Below, piece after piece: positions 1 to 10,353 of a stretch of 64,000 bases of DNA. Made by a program: the position numbers and the translations under genes. The notes under the pieces were generated by a model. That model was not told the origin of the DNA. It saw nothing but the letters and a program-made list of their open reading frames with translations, and made no database searches. The stretch covers positions 32,001-96,000 of IMG/VR virus record IMGVR_UViG_3300038524_000024, one strand, 5' to 3'. Each line of letters begins with the position of its first letter. The stretch's first letter is position 1. The DNA is from a virus. Taxonomy: Duplodnaviria; Caudoviricetes.

Positions 1-2
1 GA

Positions 3-227
3 TACAAAAAAGGGGGCGAGCCCGTAGAACATGATGTGGCTATTGAAGTACTAAAGAATCGCTATACTGGAAAAAATGGTATAGCCCTACTTAATTTCAA
101 CTATACGGATTATCGGTTTTACTCTAACGAAAACGAGCTATATAAAAGGTACAAATGGAACAAGGATACTATGCCATATAGGAAAAAGAAGAAAGAACAA
201 CTTGCTAATGATTTCTTTATGGATTGA
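3..227 (+). CDS. DnaB/T7 gp4-like replicative helicase, C-terminal end (5' truncated by window)
   Basis: Frame is open from the window start (YKKGGEPVEHDVAIEVLKNRYTG); KNRxxG is the SF4 helicase arginine-finger region; it heads a replication module. Confidence 0.6.
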   Translation, partial: YKKGGEPVEHDVAIEVLKNRYTGKNGIALLNFNYTDYRFYSNENELYKRYKWNKDTMPYRKKKKEQLANDFFMD

Positions 228-1027
228 GGATAAAAGTGAGTGAATATGATTTTTTATTAAAAAACATGGTTTATAGTTATAGTAGTATAAGTTCATTTGA
301 ACAATGTCCATATGCATTTAAACTATCATATATCAAAAATGTTCCAAGAAGAAATAATGCTTTTGCACAATTTGGCAACTTAATGCATGACATATTAGAA
401 AAATATTTTTCTGAAGAACTTATGATATGGGACTTAGTTGACTATTACAAGGACAACTATAGCAAGAAAGTAAAAATAGTATATCCACCCAATCAGTATG
501 TTGATTTATCTCAATCATATTATGAATTTGGCGTGAATTTTTTTGATAATTTTGATTTTCCACTCGAAGATTACGATGTATTCTCAATAGAAAAAACAAT
601 AAAGTTTTCTCTTGGAGAATATAAACTAAGCGCCAGACCGGACTTGATATTGACAAATAAAACAGATGGTGGTAAAATACTATTTGATTACAAAACGGAA
701 AAGTTGAAGACAACAAAGCCACAAAAGGCAAAACAATTAGAAAAAATTATGCGCCAGATGGAACTTTATTCTTATGCAATCTGGGCACAGGATAATATCG
801 AAGTAGATGAAATGAAAGTTTGGTTTGTAAGAGATAATGTTTTTCAAAGCAAAAAGGTTGACCCATCAGAGGTTGCTCTTACCACTGCGTGGGCTTCAGA
901 AACAATTGAAAAAATACAAGATGAAACAATTTGGCAACCAACTAACACTAAAGAAAACGAATTTTTTTGTAGATATCTATGTGGTGTAAGAGGTTCTTGC
1001 AAATACATTGATAATCCATCACCATAA
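224..1027 (+). CDS. Cas4/AddB-like PD-(D/E)XK exonuclease with putative Fe-S cluster
   Basis: SYSSISSFEQCP, G(N)LMH, PD..DYKT, QMELY and C-terminal CxxLCxxRxxC; likely start is GTG 236 after GAGGA. Confidence 0.8.
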   Translation: MRIKVSEYDFLLKNMVYSYSSISSFEQCPYAFKLSYIKNVPRRNNAFAQFGNLMHDILEKYFSEELMIWDLVDYYKDNYSKKVKIVYPPNQYVDLSQSYYEFGVNFFDNFDFPLEDYDVFSIEKTIKFSLGEYKLSARPDLILTNKTDGGKILFDYKTEKLKTTKPQKAKQLEKIMRQMELYSYAIWAQDNIEVDEMKVWFVRDNVFQSKKVDPSEVALTTAWASETIEKIQDETIWQPTNTKENEFFCRYLCGVRGSCKYIDNPSP

Positions 1028-1044
1028 CATTAGAAGGGAGTGAT

Positions 1045-1722
1045 GTGGGCAGAAAAACTATAAACATTCCAATGGGAACTAGGTTTGGTAAATTGGTCGC
1101 AATAGAAGAAATTGGAACAATCAAAACACATAGTTATATAAAATGTAAATGTGATTGCGGTAATACATATGATGTTATCAAGTCGCATCTTATAAGTGGA
1201 CACACCACCTCTTGTGGACATCCACAAGACGGGGCACAGCAATGGAAAATGGTTGACGCTATAGGAACGGTTTCATTTAGTATTTCTGGTGAAATATTTT
1301 TGCTTGATGGCGATGATTTTTATAAATATAAAAATTGCCCAGCACACATAAAAAAATATAATAACGGTGACAAATATTTGAGAATAAAATATAATGGAAA
1401 GTGGGATGTTTTTCATAGGTTGATTATGAATGCAAAAGCTAGTCAACTCGTAGACCATATAAACAATGACACTATGGATAATAGAAAATCAAACCTAAGA
1501 TTTGTCACTAGGCAACAAAATGCCTTTAACCATAAGGTATTTATAAATAATACGTCGGGCGTCTCTGGTATTTGTTTCGATAAAAAAAATAACAGATGGT
1601 ACGCGCAAATTATGCACTCGTATCATAATAATTTTCTTGGTTACTTTGATACGAAAGACCAAGCGATAATAGCAAGAAAACAAGCAGAAGAACAATACTT
1701 TGGTGAGTATAGATATGAATAA
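1045..1722 (+). CDS. HNH homing endonuclease with AP2 DNA-binding domain
   Basis: CKCDCG..TTSCG, HR..VDHINNDTMDNRKSNLR, NNTSGVSG..WYAQI..LGYF..A..AR..AE (AP2). Confidence 0.9.
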   Translation: MGRKTINIPMGTRFGKLVAIEEIGTIKTHSYIKCKCDCGNTYDVIKSHLISGHTTSCGHPQDGAQQWKMVDAIGTVSFSISGEIFLLDGDDFYKYKNCPAHIKKYNNGDKYLRIKYNGKWDVFHRLIMNAKASQLVDHINNDTMDNRKSNLRFVTRQQNAFNHKVFINNTSGVSGICFDKKNNRWYAQIMHSYHNNFLGYFDTKDQAIIARKQAEEQYFGEYRYE

Positions 1723-4700
1723 ATATGTAAACTACCATAAACATGACCACTATTCTAATATCATTACACCCGATAGTGCGGTAACACCACTAGACTACCT
1801 AAACAGAAGCCTAGAGTTGAGTCATACAGTATTGTCATCGGTGAATCATGGTACTGTTGGAAGATATATAGAATATTATGATTTAGCCAAAAAGAACGGA
1901 ATGAAATTCTTATTTGGAGTAGAAGCATATATTGTTAATGACCGCATTGCCGAGATTGACGGTAAGAGGGACGCTACTAATGCTCACATTGTTCTCTTAG
2001 CTAAAAATGAAAATGGTCGGAAAAACATAAATCGTATCATTTCGCAAGCAAATATAGATGGCTTCTATTATCGTCCACGTATTGATATGGGATTGTTATT
2101 GTCGTTACCAAAAGACGATGTGTGGGTAACAACCGCATGTCTTGCTGGCATCTGGAGATTAGACAGTACTAACGAAACTATATTAAAAATATTTGAGCAT
2201 TTTGGTATGAATTTTTTCTTAGAAGTGCAATCGCACCATGTTAAAGAACAAGCTATTATTAACAAAAGAATCATTAATCTTAGCAACCAGTATGGCATTC
2301 CTATTATTGCAGGTATAGACAGTCACTACATATATTCTAATCAAGCAAAAGACAGAGATGACTTCTTACTTTCACGTGGTGTTAAATATGAAGACGAAGA
2401 TAACTGGTTTATGGATTTTCCAAGCTACGATGAGGTATATGAAAGATTTATAAAACAAGGTGTATTAAGCACCCCGCAAATAAAAGAGGCACTTAACAAT
2501 ACGCTTATCTTTGAAATGGTCGAAGAATATGATAGTCCAATTTTTAATATGGACGTAAAGTTGCCGACGCTATATCCTACCAAAACACAACAAGAAAAAA
2601 ATGTTATTTTTGAAAATTTAGTAAATGATAGATGGCAAGAAGAAAAGAAGAATATTCCTGTCGATAAAATTAGTCTATACGAACAAGAAATTGCCAAAGA
2701 AGTTGAGACGATTATTGATACCAATATGGCTGATTACTTTTTGCTAGATTATGAAATAGTAAAGCGCGGTGTTGAGATGGGTGGGCATATAACACTTACA
2801 GGTCGTGGTTCTGCGCCTAGTTATTATTTATCTAAACTACTTGGGATTACAACCATTGACCGTATTTCTGCTGAAGTAAAGTTATTTCCTGAAAGATTTA
2901 TTACAAAAGAACGTATTTTAGAAGCAGGAACCTTACCCGATATTGACTTAAATCTTGGTAACCCTGATATTTTTTATCAGGCACAAAAAAAGATATTGGG
3001 TGAGAATAATTCTTTTCCAATGTTGGCATATGGTACGGCTAAACCAAAAGCAGCGTGGAAGATATATGCGAGAGCACAAGGGTTGGATTTTCCAACCGCA
3101 AACGCTGTTTCTGACGACATAGATAGGTATGAAATGTCATTGAAACACGCAGAAACGGAAGAAGATAGGCAAGACGTAGACATATTAGAATATATCAGTC
3201 CAAAATATATTGATATGTATCAAAATAGTGTTAAGTATCAAGGCACTGTTAGTGATGCGAAAGTCGCCCCATGCGGATTTCTTATTTATAATGGCAACAT
3301 TCCAGAGGAAATAGGGGTTATAAAATTAAAGGATAATTTATGTACTGTGATGGATGGCGCATGGGCAGAACATTATAATTTCCTTAAGAATGACCTATTG
3401 AAAGTTTCAGTTGTTGAGTTGATTTATCGTATTTATAATAAATTGAACATCAAACCACACACTCTACAAGAAATTATTACTCTTAGTGAGGGTAATAATA
3501 AAGTTTGGGATGTTTATAAAAACGCATGGACTGCTGGTATCAATCAATTGGAGCAAGGCTCTACAAGAGGGCGCGTTGCTAGATATGCGCCCACTAATAT
3601 TTCTGAATTATCTGCTTTTGTTGCAGCGATACGTCCGGGATTTAAATCATATTATAAAAGATTTGAATCAAGAGAGCCTTTCTCGTTTGGAGTTTCATCA
3701 TTAGATAAGCTAATTCAAACCGAACGTTTTCCATTCTCATATATGCTTTATCAGGAAAACGCTATGAATGTATTGCAATATGCTGGAATTCCCACATCTC
3801 AAACATATGAAGTTGTGAAGAACATAGCTAAAAAAAGGGCAGAAAAAGTATATAAATATAAAGAATCCTTCACTGAAGGAATGACGAAAAGGCTGGTTGA
3901 AGACGAAAACATTACAACCAAAAGAGCAAAAGAAATTGCCCATGATACTTGGCAAGTAATTGAAGATAGCTCGAATTATAGTTTTAATGCCTGCTTGTCT
4001 AGAAAAACAAAAATACAAAAAGCGGGAACTAAAATTAATAGTTTTAATCCAACTATTGAAGAAATGTTTCTGATTAAAAATAATAGGCAGTATGCAGTCG
4101 AAACTAAGCATTTAGCCCTACATTCAAAATACAAAACATATGGTTATGGCAATGCTTTGTCAATGGATGACGATGGCAGAATACGAAAAAATAAAATAAT
4201 AGATATTAGATATGCTGGTTATAAACAAACGTATAAGGTTATAACAAATAGCGGTGCGCATGTAATATGTACCGACAATCATAAATTTCCAACAAACAAT
4301 GGTATAAAACAATTGAAACAATTGAGTGTAGGAGATAGTCTTTATGTTGCTGGTCAATATGAAAAATATAATAATAATGAAGCTCGACGTTTAACTAATG
4401 GAAATTTTGAAAGTAATTTACCTAAAAACGGTGAAAAAGGATTTCAAGAGCGCCCAGATGGTGCGTCAAGAAAATTTAATGATTTTCGCAACAGTAGGAA
4501 ACATTCCTGCATATCTTGTGAAAGTTGCGGCGCGGCATATTCAAATGATAATAGATTTGAAGTGCATCATAAAGACTTTGACCATAAGAATAACAGCGCA
4601 GAGAATCTAATGTGGCTATGTACATCTTGTCATAAAACAAAACACTACGAAAATGGAAGAAAAAAAGCATATGAAAAAGGCATACCAACTCATTTAGAGA

Positions 4701-5743
4701 AAATAATTGCTATTAACCTTGACGAAGAACTTGATGTGTATGATGTTGAAATGGGTGCGCCCTCGCATACTATTATTGCCGAATCCGGTTTGGTTGTCTC
4801 TAATTCGCATTCATATTCTGTTGCTGGGGATAGTATGTATGGCGCCTACTTAAAATCTCATTATCCGCTTGAATTTTATGAGGTTTTATTAAATCTTTGT
4901 GAAGAAGATGGCGATAAAGAAAGACTAGCCATGACAAAAGATGAAGCAAAAAAAGCGTATAAAATAAAGTTTCCACCATTCAGGTTCGGACAGGACAATA
5001 GAGCAATTGTATCAAATAAAGAAAAATGGGAAATCACATCTAGTTTACAAAGCATAAAGGGTTTTGGTAAGAAAGTTGGAGAAGATATGTTTGCTCTTGC
5101 AAATAATAAGTTTAATAATTTTCTCGATTTACTTATTTTTGCAGAAGACAAAGGTATGTTGTATTCGTATTTTGAGAAGTTGATACAAATTCAATATTTT
5201 GATGAATTTGGTGGTAATCTCAAATTACATAAACTTTATAAAGAATTCATAGAAGGGAAGAACAGATATGTAAAAACCCATACGGAAAAAACTAAAGCTA
5301 AGAGAATACAAGAACTGAGAACATATTGGAAAACATTGCCAGATGAAAGTTACAATCTTGTTAGTCAGATAGAAATGGAATTGTCAATTCTTGGTTCGAT
5401 TCACGCACAATATAATATACCAAGAGAATACTTATATGTTATGTCTGTTGATACACAATATGCCCCTAGAATTGAAACATATTGCCTAGCAACTGGCACT
5501 GTAAATTCATTAAAAATAAGAAAAAAAATATATGAAAATAATATATTTTATGGTGGCGATATTATCAAATTAGATATGGCATCGCGTAGTGATGGCTCGC
5601 TTATGTTTTTTACTAAGGAGCCACGTAGAAAGTTTGAAAATGGAATATTTGTAGATTCTGATGATGAATTTGATTGGTGGTCTGCAAGATATGAGGTTGT
5701 CCAAGTGGATAGCTTTACAAAAATTGTTGAAAATTCATATTGA
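1715..5743 (+). CDS. dnaE: DNA polymerase III alpha subunit (phage DnaE/YorL type), intein-containing
   Basis: PHP domain YHKHDHYS, GRGSA, PDIDL, KNDLL, YQE, YSFNA|SHS. Confidence 0.95.
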   Translation: MNKYVNYHKHDHYSNIITPDSAVTPLDYLNRSLELSHTVLSSVNHGTVGRYIEYYDLAKKNGMKFLFGVEAYIVNDRIAEIDGKRDATNAHIVLLAKNENGRKNINRIISQANIDGFYYRPRIDMGLLLSLPKDDVWVTTACLAGIWRLDSTNETILKIFEHFGMNFFLEVQSHHVKEQAIINKRIINLSNQYGIPIIAGIDSHYIYSNQAKDRDDFLLSRGVKYEDEDNWFMDFPSYDEVYERFIKQGVLSTPQIKEALNNTLIFEMVEEYDSPIFNMDVKLPTLYPTKTQQEKNVIFENLVNDRWQEEKKNIPVDKISLYEQEIAKEVETIIDTNMADYFLLDYEIVKRGVEMGGHITLTGRGSAPSYYLSKLLGITTIDRISAEVKLFPERFITKERILEAGTLPDIDLNLGNPDIFYQAQKKILGENNSFPMLAYGTAKPKAAWKIYARAQGLDFPTANAVSDDIDRYEMSLKHAETEEDRQDVDILEYISPKYIDMYQNSVKYQGTVSDAKVAPCGFLIYNGNIPEEIGVIKLKDNLCTVMDGAWAEHYNFLKNDLLKVSVVELIYRIYNKLNIKPHTLQEIITLSEGNNKVWDVYKNAWTAGINQLEQGSTRGRVARYAPTNISELSAFVAAIRPGFKSYYKRFESREPFSFGVSSLDKLIQTERFPFSYMLYQENAMNVLQYAGIPTSQTYEVVKNIAKKRAEKVYKYKESFTEGMTKRLVEDENITTKRAKEIAHDTWQVIEDSSNYSFNACLSRKTKIQKAGTKINSFNPTIEEMFLIKNNRQYAVETKHLALHSKYKTYGYGNALSMDDDGRIRKNKIIDIRYAGYKQTYKVITNSGAHVICTDNHKFPTNNGIKQLKQLSVGDSLYVAGQYEKYNNNEARRLTNGNFESNLPKNGEKGFQERPDGASRKFNDFRNSRKHSCISCESCGAAYSNDNRFEVHHKDFDHKNNSAENLMWLCTSCHKTKHYENGRKKAYEKGIPTHLEKIIAINLDEELDVYDVEMGAPSHTIIAESGLVVSNSHSYSVAGDSMYGAYLKSHYPLEFYEVLLNLCEEDGDKERLAMTKDEAKKAYKIKFPPFRFGQDNRAIVSNKEKWEITSSLQSIKGFGKKVGEDMFALANNKFNNFLDLLIFAEDKGMLYSYFEKLIQIQYFDEFGGNLKLHKLYKEFIEGKNRYVKTHTEKTKAKRIQELRTYWKTLPDESYNLVSQIEMELSILGSIHAQYNIPREYLYVMSVDTQYAPRIETYCLATGTVNSLKIRKKIYENNIFYGGDIIKLDMASRSDGSLMFFTKEPRRKFENGIFVDSDDEFDWWSARYEVVQVDSFTKIVENSY
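3992..4804 (+). mobile_element. Intein in DnaE with HNH endonuclease (271 aa)
   Basis: Starts CLSRKTKI after YSFNA, block B TDNHKF, HNH (CESC..EVHHKD..NN..NL..LC..CH), ends VYDVEM..VVSN followed by +1 Ser. Confidence 0.9.
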
Positions 5744-5768
5744 CAAATTCAATAGTTTGATGTATAAT
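5740..5768 (+). promoter_or_regulatory. Consensus sigma70/sigmaA promoter
   Basis: TTGACA (5740-45), 17 bp spacer, TATAAT (5763-68), then AAAGGAG RBS before ATG 5795. Confidence 0.85.
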
Positions 5769-5794
5769 TATATAAACATAACAAAGGAGTTATA

Positions 5795-6217
5795 ATGGCT
5801 AGGAAATCAACGAAAAAGGTAAATAAGGATATCAGTATAGAGGAATTAGAGACAGCAAATGCTTTGACTTCGTTTACTGATGAGCAAGTCAAAACAATCG
5901 CAGAAGTCAATACTGAAATAAATGACAGCATGGATATCGTTTCTCCAGAAAACGAGGAAATGATTTTAGTTCAAAAACCATTCGAACTCAATCTAACACA
6001 AACTGTTGGTGTGTCTGGTACGGTAGCCCATATAGATACAAAAGATTTTAGTCAGATTATATTGCTCAGAAAAGTTGCCGGTCTAAAAAGTGGAACAATT
6101 ATAGATATTATTGACACCGATAGACATGGTGGTGTTCATTTTAAAATTGGTGAAACAGAAGCATATTTAAGTACTTATGAAAAAGATAAGTTATGGAAGT
6201 TTTACGGTGAGAAATAA
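5795..6217 (+). CDS. Hypothetical protein
   Basis: 140 aa ORF with strong RBS, directly after the promoter. Confidence 0.7.
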   Translation: MARKSTKKVNKDISIEELETANALTSFTDEQVKTIAEVNTEINDSMDIVSPENEEMILVQKPFELNLTQTVGVSGTVAHIDTKDFSQIILLRKVAGLKSGTIIDIIDTDRHGGVHFKIGETEAYLSTYEKDKLWKFYGEK

Positions 6218-6740
6218 TATAATACTTGTTGATGTCGATGATGTGATAGCCAACCTTGTTGATGGTTGGCTATCAAAATATAATTATTTATCTGGTGACA
6301 ACTTGAAGTCCACAGATATAACCGAATGGGATATATCAAAATTTGTGAAACCAGATTGGAAAGTTTGGATATATGAACTATTAGAAAACCCAAAGTTATA
6401 TGATAGTATAAAGCCGATTGATGGAGCTCTAGATGGAATCAACAGGCTCGTAGCAAAAGGCTATCGTATCGTATATGTAACTTCTCCAGTTATAGAAACC
6501 GCAGGGACAAAATTTCGTTGGCTAACAGAACATAGGTTTCCGATACGGCTAGAAAATTATGTTGAAGCAAGAGACAAGTCATTAATTTTTGGGCATTTTA
6601 TGATAGACGACGGAATACATAATATTCAAACAACACTTGCAGGAGATGCACTGTTGTTTTCTAAACCTTGGAATGAAGGTTATGATAATTATACAAGAGT
6701 CAACAACTGGCAAGATATTACAGAGTGGTTTGGAGTATAA
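6177..6740 (+). CDS. 5'(3')-deoxyribonucleotidase (HAD, NT5C family)
   Basis: DVDDVIA motif I, YVTS, K..WL..H, DKSL..MIDD, PWN..RVNNW; start may be GTG 6207. Confidence 0.9.
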   Translation: MKKISYGSFTVRNNIILVDVDDVIANLVDGWLSKYNYLSGDNLKSTDITEWDISKFVKPDWKVWIYELLENPKLYDSIKPIDGALDGINRLVAKGYRIVYVTSPVIETAGTKFRWLTEHRFPIRLENYVEARDKSLIFGHFMIDDGIHNIQTTLAGDALLFSKPWNEGYDNYTRVNNWQDITEWFGV

Positions 6741-7267
6741 TGAAAGTAATCACAATAAGCGGATATGCAAAAGCAGGTAAGGACTTATCAGCGACTATAT
6801 TGAAAGAAAAGTTAGAATTTGCTGGAAAAAAAGTATTGATTGTTCATTATGCAGATTATTTAAAATTCATTGCTCAACAATATTTTGGTTGGGATGGAAA
6901 AAAAGATGAGAAAGGTCGCTCATTATTACAATGGCTTGGAACAGATAAGGTTAGAAAAACTATGCCAGATTTTTGGGTGGACATCGTAGTGCAACTTATT
7001 CGTGTGTTTAGTAATGATTTTGATTATTTTATTGTCCCAGATACCCGTTTTGACAACGAGGTTACATCTATGAAAGAAAATTTTGATACATTGTCAGTCC
7101 ATGTTACTAGATTGAATTTTGATAACGGGCTTACACAAGTACAAAAAAATCACCCATCAGAAATTGCTCTCGACGGGTGGAAATTTGATTGGTATATTAC
7201 TTCTGAAACAGGTAAGGATAACCTATCATATGAAATAAAGAAATTAATTGAATGGTATGAACTATAA
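6740..7267 (+). CDS. Deoxynucleoside monophosphate kinase
   Basis: P-loop GYAKAGKD, ADYLK, R.LLQWLGTD, DTRFDNE, HPSE. Confidence 0.8.
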   Translation: MKVITISGYAKAGKDLSATILKEKLEFAGKKVLIVHYADYLKFIAQQYFGWDGKKDEKGRSLLQWLGTDKVRKTMPDFWVDIVVQLIRVFSNDFDYFIVPDTRFDNEVTSMKENFDTLSVHVTRLNFDNGLTQVQKNHPSEIALDGWKFDWYITSETGKDNLSYEIKKLIEWYEL

Positions 7268-7290
7268 ATCAACAACGAATTGAGGTAAAA

Positions 7291-10200
7291 TTGGCACTAT
7301 ACGAGCTACAACAGCAAGACATTAGACCATTTAGGTTATCGGAAGAATTTTTAGACCCATATAAAACACGTAAACCAGATTTTGGTTTCAATGGTTTGGG
7401 CGAACTTACCTATAGACGAACTTATTCTCGCATCATGCCAGATGGCAAAAAAGAAGAATGGTGGCAAACCATTAGGCGTGTAATTGAGGGTGTTTATACC
7501 ATGCAAAAGAAATGGATTGTTACTAATAATCTTGGTTGGGATAATATCAAAGCTCAAAAATCAGCAAAAGAAATGTATGAGCGAATGTTCGTAATGAAAT
7601 TTCTTCCTGCGGGTAGAGGTTTATGGGCGTGGGGAAGCCCTATTACAGAAGAAAAAGGTCTATATTTAGCACTAAATTCATGTGCTATGGTAACAACAGA
7701 AACAATAAAAGAAAAATTAGCGGAACCATTCTGTTTTCTTATGGACGCTTCAATGCTAGGGGTTGGCGTTGGCTTCGACACTAAAGGGGCTGACAAGATT
7801 ATTATCAACGAACCATCTATTGAGACTGACACTTACCAAATCTCTGATGACCGTGAAGGATGGGTTATTAGTGTTGAAAAGCTTATCAATTCTTATTTTT
7901 TGCCTAATCAAAAAACAATTCAATTTGACTACTCTCTTATTAGACCAGCAGGTGAGTTGATAAAAGGTTTTGGTGGAGTTGCCAGTGGTTCTGAAGCTTT
8001 GGCTCGTTTACATAACGATATGCGTATGCTATTGAATAAAAGAATTGGTCAAAGAATTACGTCGCGCGATATAGTTGATATTATGAACATGATTGGTAAA
8101 TGTGTTATTGCCGGAAATGTTCGACGTACAGCTGAGATAGCATTTGGTGAAGTAGATGACGACGAATTTTTAAATCTAAAAAATTATGAATTGAATCCTG
8201 AACGTATGGATTATGGTTGGACTTCTAATAATTCTATTTTTGCTCAAGTTGGTATGGATTATAATAATATTGCCGATAGAATTAAAGACAATGGTGAACC
8301 AGGATTAGAATGGTTAGAAAATGCTAGAGCATATTCAAGAATGGGAGATGCGCCGGACTATAAAGATAGGAAGGTTGTTGGTGCAAACCCATCATTGAGA
8401 ATTGGTACAAAAATCATTACTGACAATGGAATTTTCCCTATCGAAAAACTCGAAGGGCAAAAGTTTAAAGTAATTAATCTCGATGGGCAATGGTCTAACG
8501 CAGAATGCTTTTTATCTGGGGAAAACAAACCTTTATATAGGGTTATACTATCCGGCAATGTAGAATATTTTGCAACAGATGAACATAAGTGGGCTATAAC
8601 CACTGGTAAACATAATGAACCTTTTAGTAAAAAGAAAACGTCTGAACTAGTAAAGGGTGATAAACTACCAATCAATACTGTTTCTAAAGAGCATTTTGGC
8701 AATTTAGGAACTTATTCAGATGGGTTTTTATGTGGATGGATTTATGGTGACGGATGGATTACAAAGCGTGGAGACAGTGGACAAACACAAATTGGCATGG
8801 TTATTTCTAAAAAAGACGGAATATACGGCGGTATAAAACCCATTATCGAAGAGAAATTAAAAGAAATTGGCATACATACATCATTGCCGTTCAGAGAAAG
8901 AAAAGGAATTCAAGGATGGTATGAATTTAGCACTCAAAATAAAACATTAGAGGGCTTTTTATCTAACTTTGGATGCAGTAATAAAAGAAACGGTCTGCCA
9001 AGTGAAATATGGAATGGTGTTACCAAAGAATTTACATATGGATTTCTAGATGGGCTATTATCGTCAGATGGAAATGTCGAAAAGGGTAAAAGAGTCTCGC
9101 TTAGCAGTGCGCACGAAAATTTAGCAAAAGATGTTCTTGATTTACTTGGTTGCTTGGGCATACCTGCAAATATGCATAAAAGAACGACTAGGTTAAAAGG
9201 TTATGATAAAAGTTATATAAGTTATGTTATTCGTTTTCAAGGTCATTATCTTGATAATAAGTTTAGTTTAAGTAATAAATTTAAACAAGACAGGTTGAAC
9301 GAAATGTCGGAAGGGATAATTCATAAAAGTCCTTTGAGACATGTCGTATCTGTTACTAAAACACACCTTAGTGAAAACGTTTGGGATATTACAGTATATG
9401 ACGATACACATTGCTTCTCTCTACCAAATGTCATTACTGGAAATTGTAATGAGCAAAGTTTGGAATCAATGGAGACGTGTTTACTTGTAGAATCGTTCCC
9501 AAATAGAAATGAAAACCTAGAAGATTATAAACGAACATTAAAATTCGCATATCTATACGCAAAAACAGTTACTCTTGCCAAAACTCATTGGGCAGAAACT
9601 AATCGTGTCATGCTGCGTAATCGCAGAATAGGTTTGTCTATGTCTGGAATCGCACAATTTATTACGGACAGAGGACTCAATGAATTAAAACAGTGGTGCG
9701 AAGAGGGATATAAGACGATTAGATATTATGACAATGTATATTCCGATTGGCTTGCTATTCCCAAAAGCATAAAAGTAACTTCTGTAAAACCATCTGGAAG
9801 TGTTAGTCTACTTGCCGGTGCAACTGCTGGTATACACTATCCAGAAAGTAATTTTTATATTCGTAGAATTAGATTGTCCAAATTCTCAGACCTTATTGAG
9901 CCTTTACAAAACGCAGGATATAAGGTTGAGTTGGCTGTTGGGCAAGAGGATAGTACGGTGGTAGTTGAATTTCCAGTATCGCTAGGCAAGAAGATGAGAA
10001 CCATCAAAGATTTGTCCATGTGGGAACAATTATCTCTCGGTGCTTTTATGCAAAGATATTGGTCTGATAATCAAGTATCACAGACCGTTACATTCAATCC
10101 AGAACTAGAAGGCAAAGATATTGCACATGCCTTAGAATACTTCCAATATCAATTAAAGGGGGTTAGCTTTCTTCCAACTTTGGAATATGGTGCTTATCCA

Positions 10201-10335
10201 CAAATGCCATATGAAGCTATTACCGAAGACGAATATAATGATATGATGAGTAAAATCACTGTAGCCGATTTTTCAAGTAATGTAGAAGATGCTATTGATG
10301 AAAAGTTTTGTAATAATGATGTTTGTACTATATAA
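7291..10335 (+). CDS. nrdJ: Class II (adenosylcobalamin) ribonucleoside-triphosphate reductase, intein-containing
   Basis: YRRTYSR, PAGRGLW, GNVRRTAEI, SNNS, NP|CNEQ, VKPSGSVS, C-terminal CxxxxC. Confidence 0.95.
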   Translation: MALYELQQQDIRPFRLSEEFLDPYKTRKPDFGFNGLGELTYRRTYSRIMPDGKKEEWWQTIRRVIEGVYTMQKKWIVTNNLGWDNIKAQKSAKEMYERMFVMKFLPAGRGLWAWGSPITEEKGLYLALNSCAMVTTETIKEKLAEPFCFLMDASMLGVGVGFDTKGADKIIINEPSIETDTYQISDDREGWVISVEKLINSYFLPNQKTIQFDYSLIRPAGELIKGFGGVASGSEALARLHNDMRMLLNKRIGQRITSRDIVDIMNMIGKCVIAGNVRRTAEIAFGEVDDDEFLNLKNYELNPERMDYGWTSNNSIFAQVGMDYNNIADRIKDNGEPGLEWLENARAYSRMGDAPDYKDRKVVGANPSLRIGTKIITDNGIFPIEKLEGQKFKVINLDGQWSNAECFLSGENKPLYRVILSGNVEYFATDEHKWAITTGKHNEPFSKKKTSELVKGDKLPINTVSKEHFGNLGTYSDGFLCGWIYGDGWITKRGDSGQTQIGMVISKKDGIYGGIKPIIEEKLKEIGIHTSLPFRERKGIQGWYEFSTQNKTLEGFLSNFGCSNKRNGLPSEIWNGVTKEFTYGFLDGLLSSDGNVEKGKRVSLSSAHENLAKDVLDLLGCLGIPANMHKRTTRLKGYDKSYISYVIRFQGHYLDNKFSLSNKFKQDRLNEMSEGIIHKSPLRHVVSVTKTHLSENVWDITVYDDTHCFSLPNVITGNCNEQSLESMETCLLVESFPNRNENLEDYKRTLKFAYLYAKTVTLAKTHWAETNRVMLRNRRIGLSMSGIAQFITDRGLNELKQWCEEGYKTIRYYDNVYSDWLAIPKSIKVTSVKPSGSVSLLAGATAGIHYPESNFYIRRIRLSKFSDLIEPLQNAGYKVELAVGQEDSTVVVEFPVSLGKKMRTIKDLSMWEQLSLGAFMQRYWSDNQVSQTVTFNPELEGKDIAHALEYFQYQLKGVSFLPTLEYGAYPQMPYEAITEDEYNDMMSKITVADFSSNVEDAIDEKFCNNDVCTI
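8392..9444 (+). mobile_element. Intein in NrdJ with LAGLIDADG endonuclease (351 aa)
   Basis: Starts SLRIGTKI after GANP, TDEHKW, LCGWIYGDG and FLDGLLSSDG, ends VWDITV..ITGN followed by +1 Cys. Confidence 0.9.
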
Positions 10336-10353
10336 ACCGTTGTGGATAATGTT

